The position numbers and the translations under genes are program-made. The notes under the pieces were generated by a model. The model had not been told where the DNA came from. It saw only the letters and a program-made list of their open reading frames with translations, and did not search any database. A stretch of DNA of 64,000 nt from Actinomycetota bacterium (GTDB taxonomy: Bacteria; Actinomycetota; Acidimicrobiia; IMCC26256; PALSA-610), in NCBI GenBank assembly GCA_052390615.1, contig JBQTGT010000007.1:73614-137613 (forward strand), written 5' to 3'. Positions 43,241 through 52,368 of this stretch are shown in pieces (position 1 is the first letter of the stretch; the number at the start of each line of letters is the position of its first letter).

Positions 43241-45561
43241 GGGTCGACCAGCGCCGCGGTCGGCTCGTAGACCCGGAAGCGCAAGTCGCGCGGGTCGCGC
43301 GGGTCGCTCGGCTCGTCGAGCCGCGGCGCGTCGGTCCACAACTCGATTTCGACGCCGTCGTCCGGCACCGAGATCTCGAACTCGACGACCGTCCCGTCGG
43401 TCGTGATCGGGTACGACGCCTCGATCCCCGGCGCGCGAACTATGAGCCGGTGCTGCCCCGCGACGGCGCTGCCCGCCGAGAAACGGACGCGCGCCGGCGC
43501 ACCAGACGCGTCGAACGACTCGACCCGCAGCTCGGCACGGTCGCCTTCGGCCCACGCGAACGTCCCGTCGGGCGCGGTCTCGACTCCCGAGAAACCGTCG
43601 CCGTACTCGATGCGAGTCCGATCGGTGATCGCGGCGGCGCGCTCCTCGAGCTCAGCTTCGCTGAGACGCGCGTCGAGCTCGGCGCGCCGGCCCGCGGTGT
43701 CGTACAGCGCCAGGCGGCTGAAGTGGTCGACGAGAACGGGCCGCCCGAACGCGTCGGTGAGTGCCGCTTCGATCGCAACGCGGTCGGGCTCGAGGTACCC
43801 GGCACGATCGAGCCACACACCGTCGAACCCCGCGAGCACGATCGCGTCGGGTTGTTCGTCGAGCGGCAGATCGGCCAGTCTCTGTTGCCACGCGTCCTCG
43901 CGTCCCTTCACGCCGCCGTAGCTCCACGACAGCGAATCGGAATGCAGGTAGCCGCGCAGGTGGTCGTAGTCGGTCATGTGGTTGACCGGCGGGTTCTCCG
44001 GATAGGGCACGACCGGCAGCTGGAACACGCTGGCGTCGCCGCCGAGGGCGCGCTCGACGCCGCCGACGAAGTCACGATCGACGCCCCAACGATTCGCGGT
44101 GACGTCATAGTTGGGCATCACGTGGGTTGGGGTCATGTCGGCGACGCCGATGGTGACGATCGCCGCTGCCGCGAGCACCGCAACCAGCGCGCGGCGCGCG
44201 AAGCGGGCTCGCAGCACGTCGAACGCCATGCCCGCGGCGACGAGGGCACAGAACGCGATCACGACGGAGATGCGGCTCCAGGCGCGCAGCTCGGTGAGGT
44301 CGCCGACGACGCCGATGATCATCGAGATGCCGCCCGTAGTTCCCAGCAAGAACGCGATCGTGGCCACGACCGCGAGCGGACCAAGCCGGCCGGCCGGGTC
44401 GCCGCGCAACGCGCGTATCAGCACCGTGCCGAAGAGCGCCAGCAATCCCAGCGCGCCGACGAACCCCAGCGCTTCGGTGCGCTCACCGATCAGCAAGACC
44501 TGCTGTGCGTCGGCCTGCCACTGCGACAACGCGTCGATGCGGTGACCTCGTACCGGCAGCAACATATCCGAGAGCTTCAACGAGTAGAACTCGATGCTGT
44601 TCACACCACGGGCGACGATGTCGTTGCTGCCGTGTCGCTCGTGGTACGCCGCGACCGGGAGGTACTGCGCGGCAAGCACGAGAAATCCCCCACCGATGAA
44701 CGGCGCCATCGTGAGACCGCGGCGCCAGGACTTCGCCGTGGCCGCGAGGATGACGGCGACGAGCCCGCCGATGAGAACGAAGAACACGCCGTAGTAGAGG
44801 CCGGTCGTCGTCGCGAGAATGCTGATCACGGCGGCACCGACGACGGCGGGAGTTCGCAGCCACGCCCACCATTCGCGCCACGCGCGCGTCGCGGCGAGCG
44901 GCGGAATGACCGGATGTTCGCCGAGCTGGCGCGCGAAAAGAGCAACCCAGAGCGGTACGGCGAAGTACGAGGACAAGAAGAGGTGACCGGGGCCGTGCTG
45001 CCAGTGGTACGGCAGGAATGCGTAGAGGACGGCGATGACGACGGCCGCGATCCGGCTGACCATGAGCATGCGCGCGCCGATGTAGGCGCCGAGAAAGACC
45101 GACATGAACGACCCGAAGAAGAACACGTTCAACACCAGGCCCGGCGAGTCGAACAGCGAACCGAGCGCCGTCAGCTCGAGCACGTGCGCCGCGTCACCGA
45201 CCGGCGGGTAGTCGTGAAGGTCCTGACCGTACGGGGCGCCAAGCTGCGGAGTTTCGACGAACCAGCCATGGAGCTGGATGTTGCGGATAGCGCCCATCGC
45301 GAGGTTGGTGTCGCCTGAATAGACGATTGGGACGCGTGGGTGAACACCACCGAGGTCGTACACGACGAAGAGCGCGAGTAACACCACCGCGAGCCCGATG
45401 ACGATCGCACCAAGATCGGGCCGCAATCTCCGCCACGTCGTCGAGAATCGACGACGATGCGCAATTGCAACGCGCGCGTCCTCTCCTTCGCTGGACGCCG
45501 GGTCGTGATCCGCGGCATCGGACGCGCGAAGCTGTTTGTCTGCGGCCACGACGTCGCTCAC
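43237..45561 (-). CDS. Large polytopic membrane protein (774 aa) with a C-terminal soluble domain; GT-C-like glycosyltransferase candidate
   Basis: GTG start. About 13 TM helices, then a ~270-aa extracytoplasmic tail. Family assignment is by architecture and context only. Confidence 0.6.
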   Translation of the reverse strand: MSDVVAADKQLRASDAADHDPASSEGEDARVAIAHRRRFSTTWRRLRPDLGAIVIGLAVVLLALFVVYDLGGVHPRVPIVYSGDTNLAMGAIRNIQLHGWFVETPQLGAPYGQDLHDYPPVGDAAHVLELTALGSLFDSPGLVLNVFFFGSFMSVFLGAYIGARMLMVSRIAAVVIAVLYAFLPYHWQHGPGHLFLSSYFAVPLWVALFARQLGEHPVIPPLAATRAWREWWAWLRTPAVVGAAVISILATTTGLYYGVFFVLIGGLVAVILAATAKSWRRGLTMAPFIGGGFLVLAAQYLPVAAYHERHGSNDIVARGVNSIEFYSLKLSDMLLPVRGHRIDALSQWQADAQQVLLIGERTEALGFVGALGLLALFGTVLIRALRGDPAGRLGPLAVVATIAFLLGTTGGISMIIGVVGDLTELRAWSRISVVIAFCALVAAGMAFDVLRARFARRALVAVLAAAAIVTIGVADMTPTHVMPNYDVTANRWGVDRDFVGGVERALGGDASVFQLPVVPYPENPPVNHMTDYDHLRGYLHSDSLSWSYGGVKGREDAWQQRLADLPLDEQPDAIVLAGFDGVWLDRAGYLEPDRVAIEAALTDAFGRPVLVDHFSRLALYDTAGRRAELDARLSEAELEERAAAITDRTRIEYGDGFSGVETAPDGTFAWAEGDRAELRVESFDASGAPARVRFSAGSAVAGQHRLIVRAPGIEASYPITTDGTVVEFEISVPDDGVEIELWTDAPRLDEPSDPRDPRDLRFRVYEPTAALVDP

Positions 45562-45629
45562 GCGGGGCCCATCGTATGCGCACCGTGACGCATCTTCCGA
45601 TCAGGTCGTCAGTTTCCCCAGGGGAAGGG

Positions 45630-47138
45630 TCATGCGATCGCCGGTTGTACTCCCTTGTCGGCGTCCGACCGATCAGCTGAGTGCAGCCGCGCGACGACCT
45701 GGATCGCGAACAGCGTTACTCCCATGACGATCACGACGCCTCGGAACGAACGCAGCTGGTCCCACCCGTACCACGACTGCGGCGGCAGTTTCTTCCACGA
45801 ACCCTGCAACAGGCAGTGGTAGTAGTAGTCGGGATCGGCCTGGTAGATCGCGGGGTCGGGGCAGCTCGCGTCGGGCAGGAAGAACGCCGCGAGGGAACCG
45901 GGTGACAATGCGTACCCGAACGACGCGGCGGCAGAGACGACGCAGGCGAGAACGAACAGCCCCGTCATCATCCAATGTCGTCGCGCGAGATCCAACCACC
46001 ACGACAGCGCATCGGCGCAGAGCGCCACCGCAAGGCAGGCACCGAGCGCGACCGTCGGGATCATGAGCCGTGGACCCCACGCGGCCCAGCCGTACGGCGC
46101 GAACCACGACGCCAGGCCGGCCGTCTGCACCGCGCTCGCCAGGAGCAAGAGCGCCGGCGCGAGTTGCGCGACGCGGTTCCGCCGCCGGAGCAAGAGAGCA
46201 GTCAGCGGCACGCCGAGGCAGATGACGCCGCCGAGCAACCAGAACACCAGCACGCCGCCGCCGGGAGCGGTCCAGACTCCGGCCGCGAGGTTGGCTCGCA
46301 CGACGTTGTTCTTGACCCGGAAGATCGGGTCGCCTTGGACGAGGTTGCGCCAGGTGTCGTAGCGCCAGTAGTTGAACGCGATCGCGCCCAGGGCGCCCAT
46401 GACCAATCCGCCTCCAGCCACGGCGCCGGCGCGGATGGTGCGCGCGCGATCTCTGACGAAGTCGTCGACGAGCCCGGCCGCGGCGAAGCACAACAGCGGG
46501 AAGATCGCCGGTTCGCGTGAAACTGCCGCCAAGGCGCCCAATACGAACAACGGCAGCAGGTGACGGCCGACCAACGCGGCACCGAAGCCGACGAAGACGA
46601 ATGTCGTGAACATCTCACCTAGCGTCGACACCGCGTAGGCCACAAGCGGTCCCAACACCATCGTGGCGACGAGCAAGATGCGACGGCGTGGCCCGCACGT
46701 CGGGAACCGTGCTGCGATCGCGAGCATGCCGACGTACGAGAGCGCGCTAATGATCGCCAACGCGACGAGGATTCCCTGGGCGTCGACACCCTTCGACGCG
46801 AGGAACGCGGCCGGGCCGTGCTGGAGTACGCCGTACTGCGCAACCCCGGGGCAGCCGTGCCATTGGTCATTGCGGGCGCATTCGACGAGGGCTTGGGCGC
46901 TCCCGGTGAGCACCGTCGAGTCGCCGTTGACGATCGGCAACTGCTCTTCGAGCGTGATCCCGAGCACCAGGATCGCGACACCGATCACGGCCAGCGATAC
47001 GACGTTCACACCCGTGCGTACGGACGCACGCGTTGTGCTCCCCGCCGCGGGCGCGTTCGCCGCGACGGTCGGGTCGTCGCCCGGAAAAACGTCCGCCAAT
47101 CCGTCGGAGGTCGACGACTCGTTGGTTATCGGCACCAC
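45630..47138 (-). CDS. Polytopic membrane protein (~500 aa); GT-C-like (PMT_2/GT87-like) candidate
   Basis: GTG at 47138 follows GGGAGG by 6 nt. Hydrophobic throughout. The track ORF part above 47138 is antisense to the GT2 gene. Confidence 0.6.
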   Translation of the reverse strand: MVPITNESSTSDGLADVFPGDDPTVAANAPAAGSTTRASVRTGVNVVSLAVIGVAILVLGITLEEQLPIVNGDSTVLTGSAQALVECARNDQWHGCPGVAQYGVLQHGPAAFLASKGVDAQGILVALAIISALSYVGMLAIAARFPTCGPRRRILLVATMVLGPLVAYAVSTLGEMFTTFVFVGFGAALVGRHLLPLFVLGALAAVSREPAIFPLLCFAAAGLVDDFVRDRARTIRAGAVAGGGLVMGALGAIAFNYWRYDTWRNLVQGDPIFRVKNNVVRANLAAGVWTAPGGGVLVFWLLGGVICLGVPLTALLLRRRNRVAQLAPALLLLASAVQTAGLASWFAPYGWAAWGPRLMIPTVALGACLAVALCADALSWWLDLARRHWMMTGLFVLACVVSAAASFGYALSPGSLAAFFLPDASCPDPAIYQADPDYYYHCLLQGSWKKLPPQSWYGWDQLRSFRGVVIVMGVTLFAIQVVARLHSADRSDADKGVQPAIA

Positions 47139-47234
47139 CGCTTGCCTCCCGGGGGGACAGTACCGCCAGTCGTGGCCCCGGAGCCGCCTCACAGTCAGGG
47201 AGCCCGGCGCTCGACCAGCTAAGTTCAACGGACG

Positions 47235-47957
47235 ATGTATCAGGGGTTGTCCATCGCGGCAGTGATTCCGGTCTTGGACGAGGAAAGCAAGATCGGCACC
47301 GTGCTGTCGCGCATTCCACGCGACATCGTCGACGAAATCGTCGTCGTCGACGACGGATCGACCGATTCCTCGCCGAAGATCGCGGTCGAGAGTGGGGCAA
47401 CGCTGATCACGATGCCGCGGACCGTCGGCGTCGGCGCCGCGCTCCGCCGCGGGTTCGAACACGTCTGCGAGAAGGGTCACGATGTCACGGTGGTGATCGC
47501 GGGAAACAACAAGGACAGTCCCGAAGAGATCCCACTGTTGCTGGACCCCATCGTCCGCGGTGACGCAGATTTCGTTCAGGGTTCGCGCTGGCTCACGCGG
47601 AACGCCCAGCTCGGACCGATGCCTCTGTACCGGCGCATCGCAACCCGCATTCATCCCTTGATCTTCTCGCTCGCGGCGCGCCGGCGAACGACAGATTCGA
47701 CGAACGGGTTCCGAGCCTTCTCGAACCGGATCCTTGCGGACGAAACGATCTCGCTCGATCAGGCGTGGCTCGATGGTTACGAGCTGGAGCCGTACCTGTA
47801 CCTGCGCGTCGCTCGCAGCAGCTACAAGACCATCGAGGTTCCAGTGACGAAGACGTACCCGCCGAAGCACCTCGGCCAGACGAAGATGCCACCCGTCGTG
47901 GGCTGGTGGGAGATACTGCGCCCCGTGGTACTGGTCGGACTCGGTCTGAAGCGATGA
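47235..47957 (+). CDS. GT2 glycosyltransferase with a C-terminal membrane anchor (polyprenyl-phosphate sugar synthase candidate)
   Basis: AAVIPVLDEESKIG, VVVDDGSTDSS, and a C-terminal hydrophobic segment PPVVGWWEILRPVVLVGLGL. Divergent from the GT-C-like gene. Confidence 0.85.
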   Translation: MYQGLSIAAVIPVLDEESKIGTVLSRIPRDIVDEIVVVDDGSTDSSPKIAVESGATLITMPRTVGVGAALRRGFEHVCEKGHDVTVVIAGNNKDSPEEIPLLLDPIVRGDADFVQGSRWLTRNAQLGPMPLYRRIATRIHPLIFSLAARRRTTDSTNGFRAFSNRILADETISLDQAWLDGYELEPYLYLRVARSSYKTIEVPVTKTYPPKHLGQTKMPPVVGWWEILRPVVLVGLGLKR

Positions 47958-48970
47958 TCGGAATCGCCGTCATCGGAGTGGGCCATTGGGGTCCGAACCT
48001 GGTCCGCAACTTCCAGGAAGATTCGCGCACGTCTGTTCGCTGGGTGATCGACCACGATCCCGCTCGCCTGAACGAAGTCGGTACCCGCTACCCCGACGTT
48101 CACCTCGGGAAAGATCCTTCCGACGCGTTGCGCGATCCGACCGTCGACGCCGTCGTGATCGCCACGCCCACATCGACCCATCACGATCTCGCGATCATGG
48201 CGCTCGAAGCAGGGCGCCATGTCCTCATCGAGAAACCCCTCGCCGCATCGCTCGCCCAGGCCCGGCACCTGCAGGAAATTGCCCATGCCACCGACGTCGT
48301 GGTCATGGTCGGTCACGTGTTTCTGTTCAATGCCGCGATCGAACGTGCGAAGACGCTCATCGACGAATCTATCGGCCGTCTCTACTACGCGACGATGCAA
48401 AGGACGAACCTCGGTCCGATCCGCACCGATGTCAACGCGGCATGGGATCTCGCGGCGCACGACATATCGATCGCTCAGCACTGGCTCGGCGTCGCACCCG
48501 AAGCCGTCTCGGCAGTCGGGCAATCCTGGATCAACCCGGATGTCGAGGATGCAGTGTTTGCGACGATGCGCTACCCCGGTGACGTCCTCGTCGCGAGTTC
48601 GGTGTCATGGCTGAACCCGCAGAAGGTGCGGAGCATTGCCGTGGTCGGCGAGCGACAGATGCTGACGATCGACGACATGGACCTGACCCATCCGTTGCGG
48701 GTCTACAACTCACGTGTCGACGGGCCGGCTGAGCAGGCAGGCTTCGTCAATACGATGATCGACTTCCGCAAGAGCATCCGGCAAGGTGACGTGACGATCC
48801 CGCGGATCGCACATTCGGAACCGCTCCGCTCCGAATGCGAGCATTTCGTCGACTGCATCGAACACAGCCGTCCGCCTCGATGCGGCGTCGACCTGGGTTT
48901 CGAAGTCGTTCGCGTCCTCGACGCGATCGAACGTTCGCTCCGTTCGGATGGCCGCGAGGTAATACTCTGA
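47954..48970 (+). CDS. Gfo/Idh/MocA-family NAD-dependent sugar-nucleotide oxidoreductase (WbpB-like)
   Basis: ATGA overlap with the GT2 gene. N-terminal IGIAVIGVGHWGPN Rossmann motif and the EKPLA motif. Confidence 0.85.
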   Translation: MIGIAVIGVGHWGPNLVRNFQEDSRTSVRWVIDHDPARLNEVGTRYPDVHLGKDPSDALRDPTVDAVVIATPTSTHHDLAIMALEAGRHVLIEKPLAASLAQARHLQEIAHATDVVVMVGHVFLFNAAIERAKTLIDESIGRLYYATMQRTNLGPIRTDVNAAWDLAAHDISIAQHWLGVAPEAVSAVGQSWINPDVEDAVFATMRYPGDVLVASSVSWLNPQKVRSIAVVGERQMLTIDDMDLTHPLRVYNSRVDGPAEQAGFVNTMIDFRKSIRQGDVTIPRIAHSEPLRSECEHFVDCIEHSRPPRCGVDLGFEVVRVLDAIERSLRSDGREVIL

Positions 48971-50097
48971 TGATCCCGCTCGTCGATCTGAGTCTGCAAC
49001 ATCGCGAAATCGCCGCCGAGGTGAACGACGGTTGGCAGCGTGTCCTCGCGGCGACCAACTTCATCCTGGGCGAGGATGTCGCGCGCTTCGAGGAGGAATA
49101 CGCTCGATTCTGCGGCGTCGCGCACTGCATCGGTGTCGGTTCGGGGACCGACGCGCTCGAATTCGCACTTCGCAGTGCAGGGGTCGAGCCTGGTGACGAA
49201 GTCTTGCTGCCGGCGAATTCCTTCGTCGCGTCCGCACTGGCGCCGATGCGCATGGGCGCGCGCCCGGTTCTCATCGACATCGATCCCGCAACCCAGCTCA
49301 TCGACCAGCGCGCCGCGGAAGCAGCGATCGGCCCTCGTACCCGAGCAATCATGCCGGTGCATCTGTATGGGCAGGTCGCGCCGCTCGACGACATCGCGCC
49401 CATGCTTGGAGAGCGCGGGATCCCCGTTGTCGAGGATGCGGCGCAAGCCCACGGCGCAATACGGCACGGCATTCCCGCGGGAGGGCTCGGGCTCGTCGCC
49501 GCAACGAGTTTCTATCCCGGAAAGAACCTCGGCGCATACGGCGACGGTGGCGCCGTATTGACGAACGACGACGGTATCAATTTGGCGGTTCGACGCCTCC
49601 GCAATTGGGGAGGCAACGAGAAGTATCGGCACGAGATACTCGGATTCAACTCGCGGCTCGACACGATTCAGGCAGTCGTACTGCGAGCCAAGCTTCGGCG
49701 CTTGCACACGTGGAACGAGGATCGACGTTCTGCCGCTGCGCACTACGACCACATGCTCAAGGCTCTCGACGAAGTCCAGCGTCCATCCGTCGTCGACGGC
49801 AACGAACACGTCTGGCACTTGTACGTCGTGCAGGTGCCGAACCGCGACGCGGTACTCGAACACCTGCAGCGCTCCGGCATCGGTGCCGGCGTACACTACC
49901 CGGTGCCGATACACCGCCAACCCGCGCTGGCACACCTCGGGTACGCCGAGGGCGACTTCCCCCGCGCCGAGGCCGCGGCCGGTCGTCTACTTTCACTGCC
50001 GTTGTTCCCAGGCATAACGATCGAGCAGCAGGACAAGGTGGTCGAGACACTGGCCGCCGCGCTCGAAGTGGGCGTCAAGGCCACGCGTGGCGCCTGA
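48970..50097 (+). CDS. DegT/DnrJ/EryC1/StrS-family PLP-dependent sugar aminotransferase (WbpE-like)
   Basis: One-nucleotide overlap with the upstream stop (TGATG). SFYPGKNLGAYGDGG carries the PLP lysine. Confidence 0.9.
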   Translation: MIPLVDLSLQHREIAAEVNDGWQRVLAATNFILGEDVARFEEEYARFCGVAHCIGVGSGTDALEFALRSAGVEPGDEVLLPANSFVASALAPMRMGARPVLIDIDPATQLIDQRAAEAAIGPRTRAIMPVHLYGQVAPLDDIAPMLGERGIPVVEDAAQAHGAIRHGIPAGGLGLVAATSFYPGKNLGAYGDGGAVLTNDDGINLAVRRLRNWGGNEKYRHEILGFNSRLDTIQAVVLRAKLRRLHTWNEDRRSAAAHYDHMLKALDEVQRPSVVDGNEHVWHLYVVQVPNRDAVLEHLQRSGIGAGVHYPVPIHRQPALAHLGYAEGDFPRAEAAAGRLLSLPLFPGITIEQQDKVVETLAAALEVGVKATRGA

Positions 50098-50662
50098 CGG
50101 CGTCTTCGTGCACGCGCTCGCGCTGTGCGAGTCTGCGCAGGTCGGCGCCGGCACCCGAGTCTGGCCGTTTGCGCACATCATGGAGGGCGCTGTCGTCGGC
50201 GAGTCATGCAACATCGGCGAGCAGGTGTTCGTGGAGTCGGGCGCCGTCGTCGGTGATCGGGTCGTCCTGAAGAACGGCGTCGCAGTCTGGGACCGCGTCG
50301 TGCTGGGCGACGACGTCTTCATCGGTCCGTATGTCGTGTTCACGAACGACCGACTGCCGCGGGCGGCATTCAAGAAGCTCGCGTCCGACTTCGAGACCTC
50401 GATCGTCGAGAAGTACGCATCGATCGGAGCGAACGCGACGATCCGCTGCGGGGTGCGCGTCGGCGAAGGAGCCTTCGTCGGCGCCGGGGCTGTCGTCGTG
50501 ATGGACGTCCCGCCCTACGCACTGGTCGTGGGGAATCCCGGCCGCCCCGTCGGCTGGGTCTGTGCGTGCGGGCTACGACTCGCGGCGAGCCTCTCGTGTA
50601 GCTGCGAGCGCAGCTATGTCGATACCGGAAGGGGCTTGCGGCTCCGACGAGACGACACCTGA
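50087..50662 (+). CDS. Left-handed beta-helix (hexapeptide) N-acetyltransferase (WbpD-like)
   Basis: GTG start overlaps the DegT end. Hexapeptide repeats, and a VVGNPGRPVGW tail followed by a Cys-rich end. Confidence 0.8.
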   Translation: MAPDGVFVHALALCESAQVGAGTRVWPFAHIMEGAVVGESCNIGEQVFVESGAVVGDRVVLKNGVAVWDRVVLGDDVFIGPYVVFTNDRLPRAAFKKLASDFETSIVEKYASIGANATIRCGVRVGEGAFVGAGAVVVMDVPPYALVVGNPGRPVGWVCACGLRLAASLSCSCERSYVDTGRGLRLRRDDT

Positions 50663-50682
50663 TCTCCGGTAGCGTCTCAGCA

Positions 50683-51159
50683 GTGACAGACGACGCCGAC
50701 GCCGATCCGATCGACCTCGCGCTCCGCGAAATCGAGGCGAGCGCGAGCGCGAAGCTCGCCAGCGGCGAGATCTCGACCGAGCTCGAAGCGACCCTCGACG
50801 CCGAGTTCCGCGATATTGCGGGCCATCACGGGCCGCGTCTCGACGAGGTCGCGCGGCGCATAAAGCAGCTGCGGGAACTCACGTTCGAGGTGCCCGATCC
50901 CGCGAGCACGTCCTCGATGCCCGGTGGCGCGCTCGTGCACCGGGTCGTGTCCACGACGGTACGCCGGCACAATCAATACCAAGCCGACCAGATGAAGGTG
51001 CTGCGCAATCTGACGATCGAGGCGATCGAGGCGCTCGACCGGCGACTGACCGAGGGACTCGACGATCTCGAACGGCGGCGTCGCCGCGCCGTGAACGACC
51101 TGCGCGCGGAACTCGCAGCGTTGTGGCACGCCGTCGGGGCGGCCGACGGAGCACCCTGA
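50683..51159 (+). CDS. Small coiled-coil protein, paralog of the N-terminal domain of the methyltransferase at 56458-57621
   Basis: 158 aa. The shared motif SSMPGGALVHRVVSTTVRRHNQYQ is followed by heptad-like helices. The stop is immediately followed by the GT4 GTG start (TGA-GTG at 51157-51162). Confidence 0.65.
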   Translation: MTDDADADPIDLALREIEASASAKLASGEISTELEATLDAEFRDIAGHHGPRLDEVARRIKQLRELTFEVPDPASTSSMPGGALVHRVVSTTVRRHNQYQADQMKVLRNLTIEAIEALDRRLTEGLDDLERRRRRAVNDLRAELAALWHAVGAADGAP

Positions 51160-52368
51160 GTGCGCCTGCTCTACGTCGTCCACCGCTATCACTCGGAGAT
51201 ACCCGGCGGGGCCGAGATCGCGTGCCGGCTCTTCGCCACCCAAATGGCCGGGCGCGGACACGACGTCGCAGTGGTCACCAGCTGCGCTCGCGACTACGTC
51301 GACTGGGCCGATGTCTATCCGGCCGGCACCACCAACGAGGACGGCGTCCTGGTGCACCGCTTGCCGGTTTCGGCGCCGCGTGACATTCAACGCTTCAACC
51401 GGATGTGCGGCTCGGTGCGACCGGACGCCGAGATAGTGCCGTGGGACCGGCAGCAGCAGTGGCTCGTCGAGCAGGGCCCGCACCTTCCCGACCTGGCGCG
51501 CTGGCTCGACGCCAACTACGGCCGCTTCGACGCGGTCGTCGTGTTCACCTACCTGTACTACCCGGCGTCCGTCGCGCTCCGGACACTCGCGGGGCGCGTG
51601 CCGATCGTCTTCCACCCGTGCGCCCACGAAGAATGGCCGCTCCATCTCTCGTTGTACGACACGCCGTTCCGCATAGCCGACGCGTTCGCCTACTTCACAC
51701 CAGAAGAGGAACAGCTCGTGCGCGAGCGCTTCGACGATCGCGTTCTGGGCGAGGTGCTGGGTATCGGGCTCGACATCGGAGCCGCGACGCAGTTCGACGA
51801 CGGCGGGGCGCGCTTCCGAGCCGAAACCAGGATCGGCGATCGTCCCTACATCACCTATGTCGGGCGCCTCGACCGGAGCAAAGGCGTCGCCGAGCTCGCA
51901 CAATGGTTCCGCATCTTTCGAGAACGCACCGGACGCGACCTCGTGTTGACGTTGCTGGGCGACGAGGTGCACCCGATCGAACGTGCGGACGACGTTGTGG
52001 TCACCGGCCCCGTGTCGGAGGAGCTACGACAGTCCGCGGTTTCGGGCGCGGCCTGCCTCGTGCACCCCTCGTACTTCGAAAGCTTCTCGATGGTGCTGAC
52101 CGAGACCTGGGCTCTCGCCCGGCCGGTGCTCGTGCAGGGACGGTGCGACGTGCTCGCGGGTCAGGCGCGACGCGCGGGTGGGGGTGTTGCGTACCGCGGC
52201 TACGCCGAATTCGAAGCAGCCCTCGAACGCGTTCTCGACGACGAAGCACTCGCCACGATGTTCGGACAACGCGGCCACGACTATGTTCGCCGCAACTACG
52301 ACTGGGACGTGTTGGCGCCCCGTTACGAGCGGTTGCTCGAGAAGGCGTGCTCCGCTAACGGTACGTGA
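51160..52368 (+). CDS. Glycosyltransferase GT4, type-a paralog 1
   Basis: N-terminus RLLYVVHRYHSEIPGGAEIACRLFA..RGHDVAVVTSCARDYVDWA, shared with the genes at 54195 and 59086. C-terminal PSYFESFSMVLTE. Confidence 0.85.
   Translation: MRLLYVVHRYHSEIPGGAEIACRLFATQMAGRGHDVAVVTSCARDYVDWADVYPAGTTNEDGVLVHRLPVSAPRDIQRFNRMCGSVRPDAEIVPWDRQQQWLVEQGPHLPDLARWLDANYGRFDAVVVFTYLYYPASVALRTLAGRVPIVFHPCAHEEWPLHLSLYDTPFRIADAFAYFTPEEEQLVRERFDDRVLGEVLGIGLDIGAATQFDDGGARFRAETRIGDRPYITYVGRLDRSKGVAELAQWFRIFRERTGRDLVLTLLGDEVHPIERADDVVVTGPVSEELRQSAVSGAACLVHPSYFESFSMVLTETWALARPVLVQGRCDVLAGQARRAGGGVAYRGYAEFEAALERVLDDEALATMFGQRGHDYVRRNYDWDVLAPRYERLLEKACSANGT

Noticed and set aside
41117-45318. Plus-strand ORFs of 717 aa and 622 aa (41117-43270 and 43450-45318)
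   Set aside because: They are antisense shadows of the methyltransferase, SDR and 774-aa membrane-protein genes. Their translations are Arg/Asp/Glu-rich without hydrophobic or catalytic patterns.
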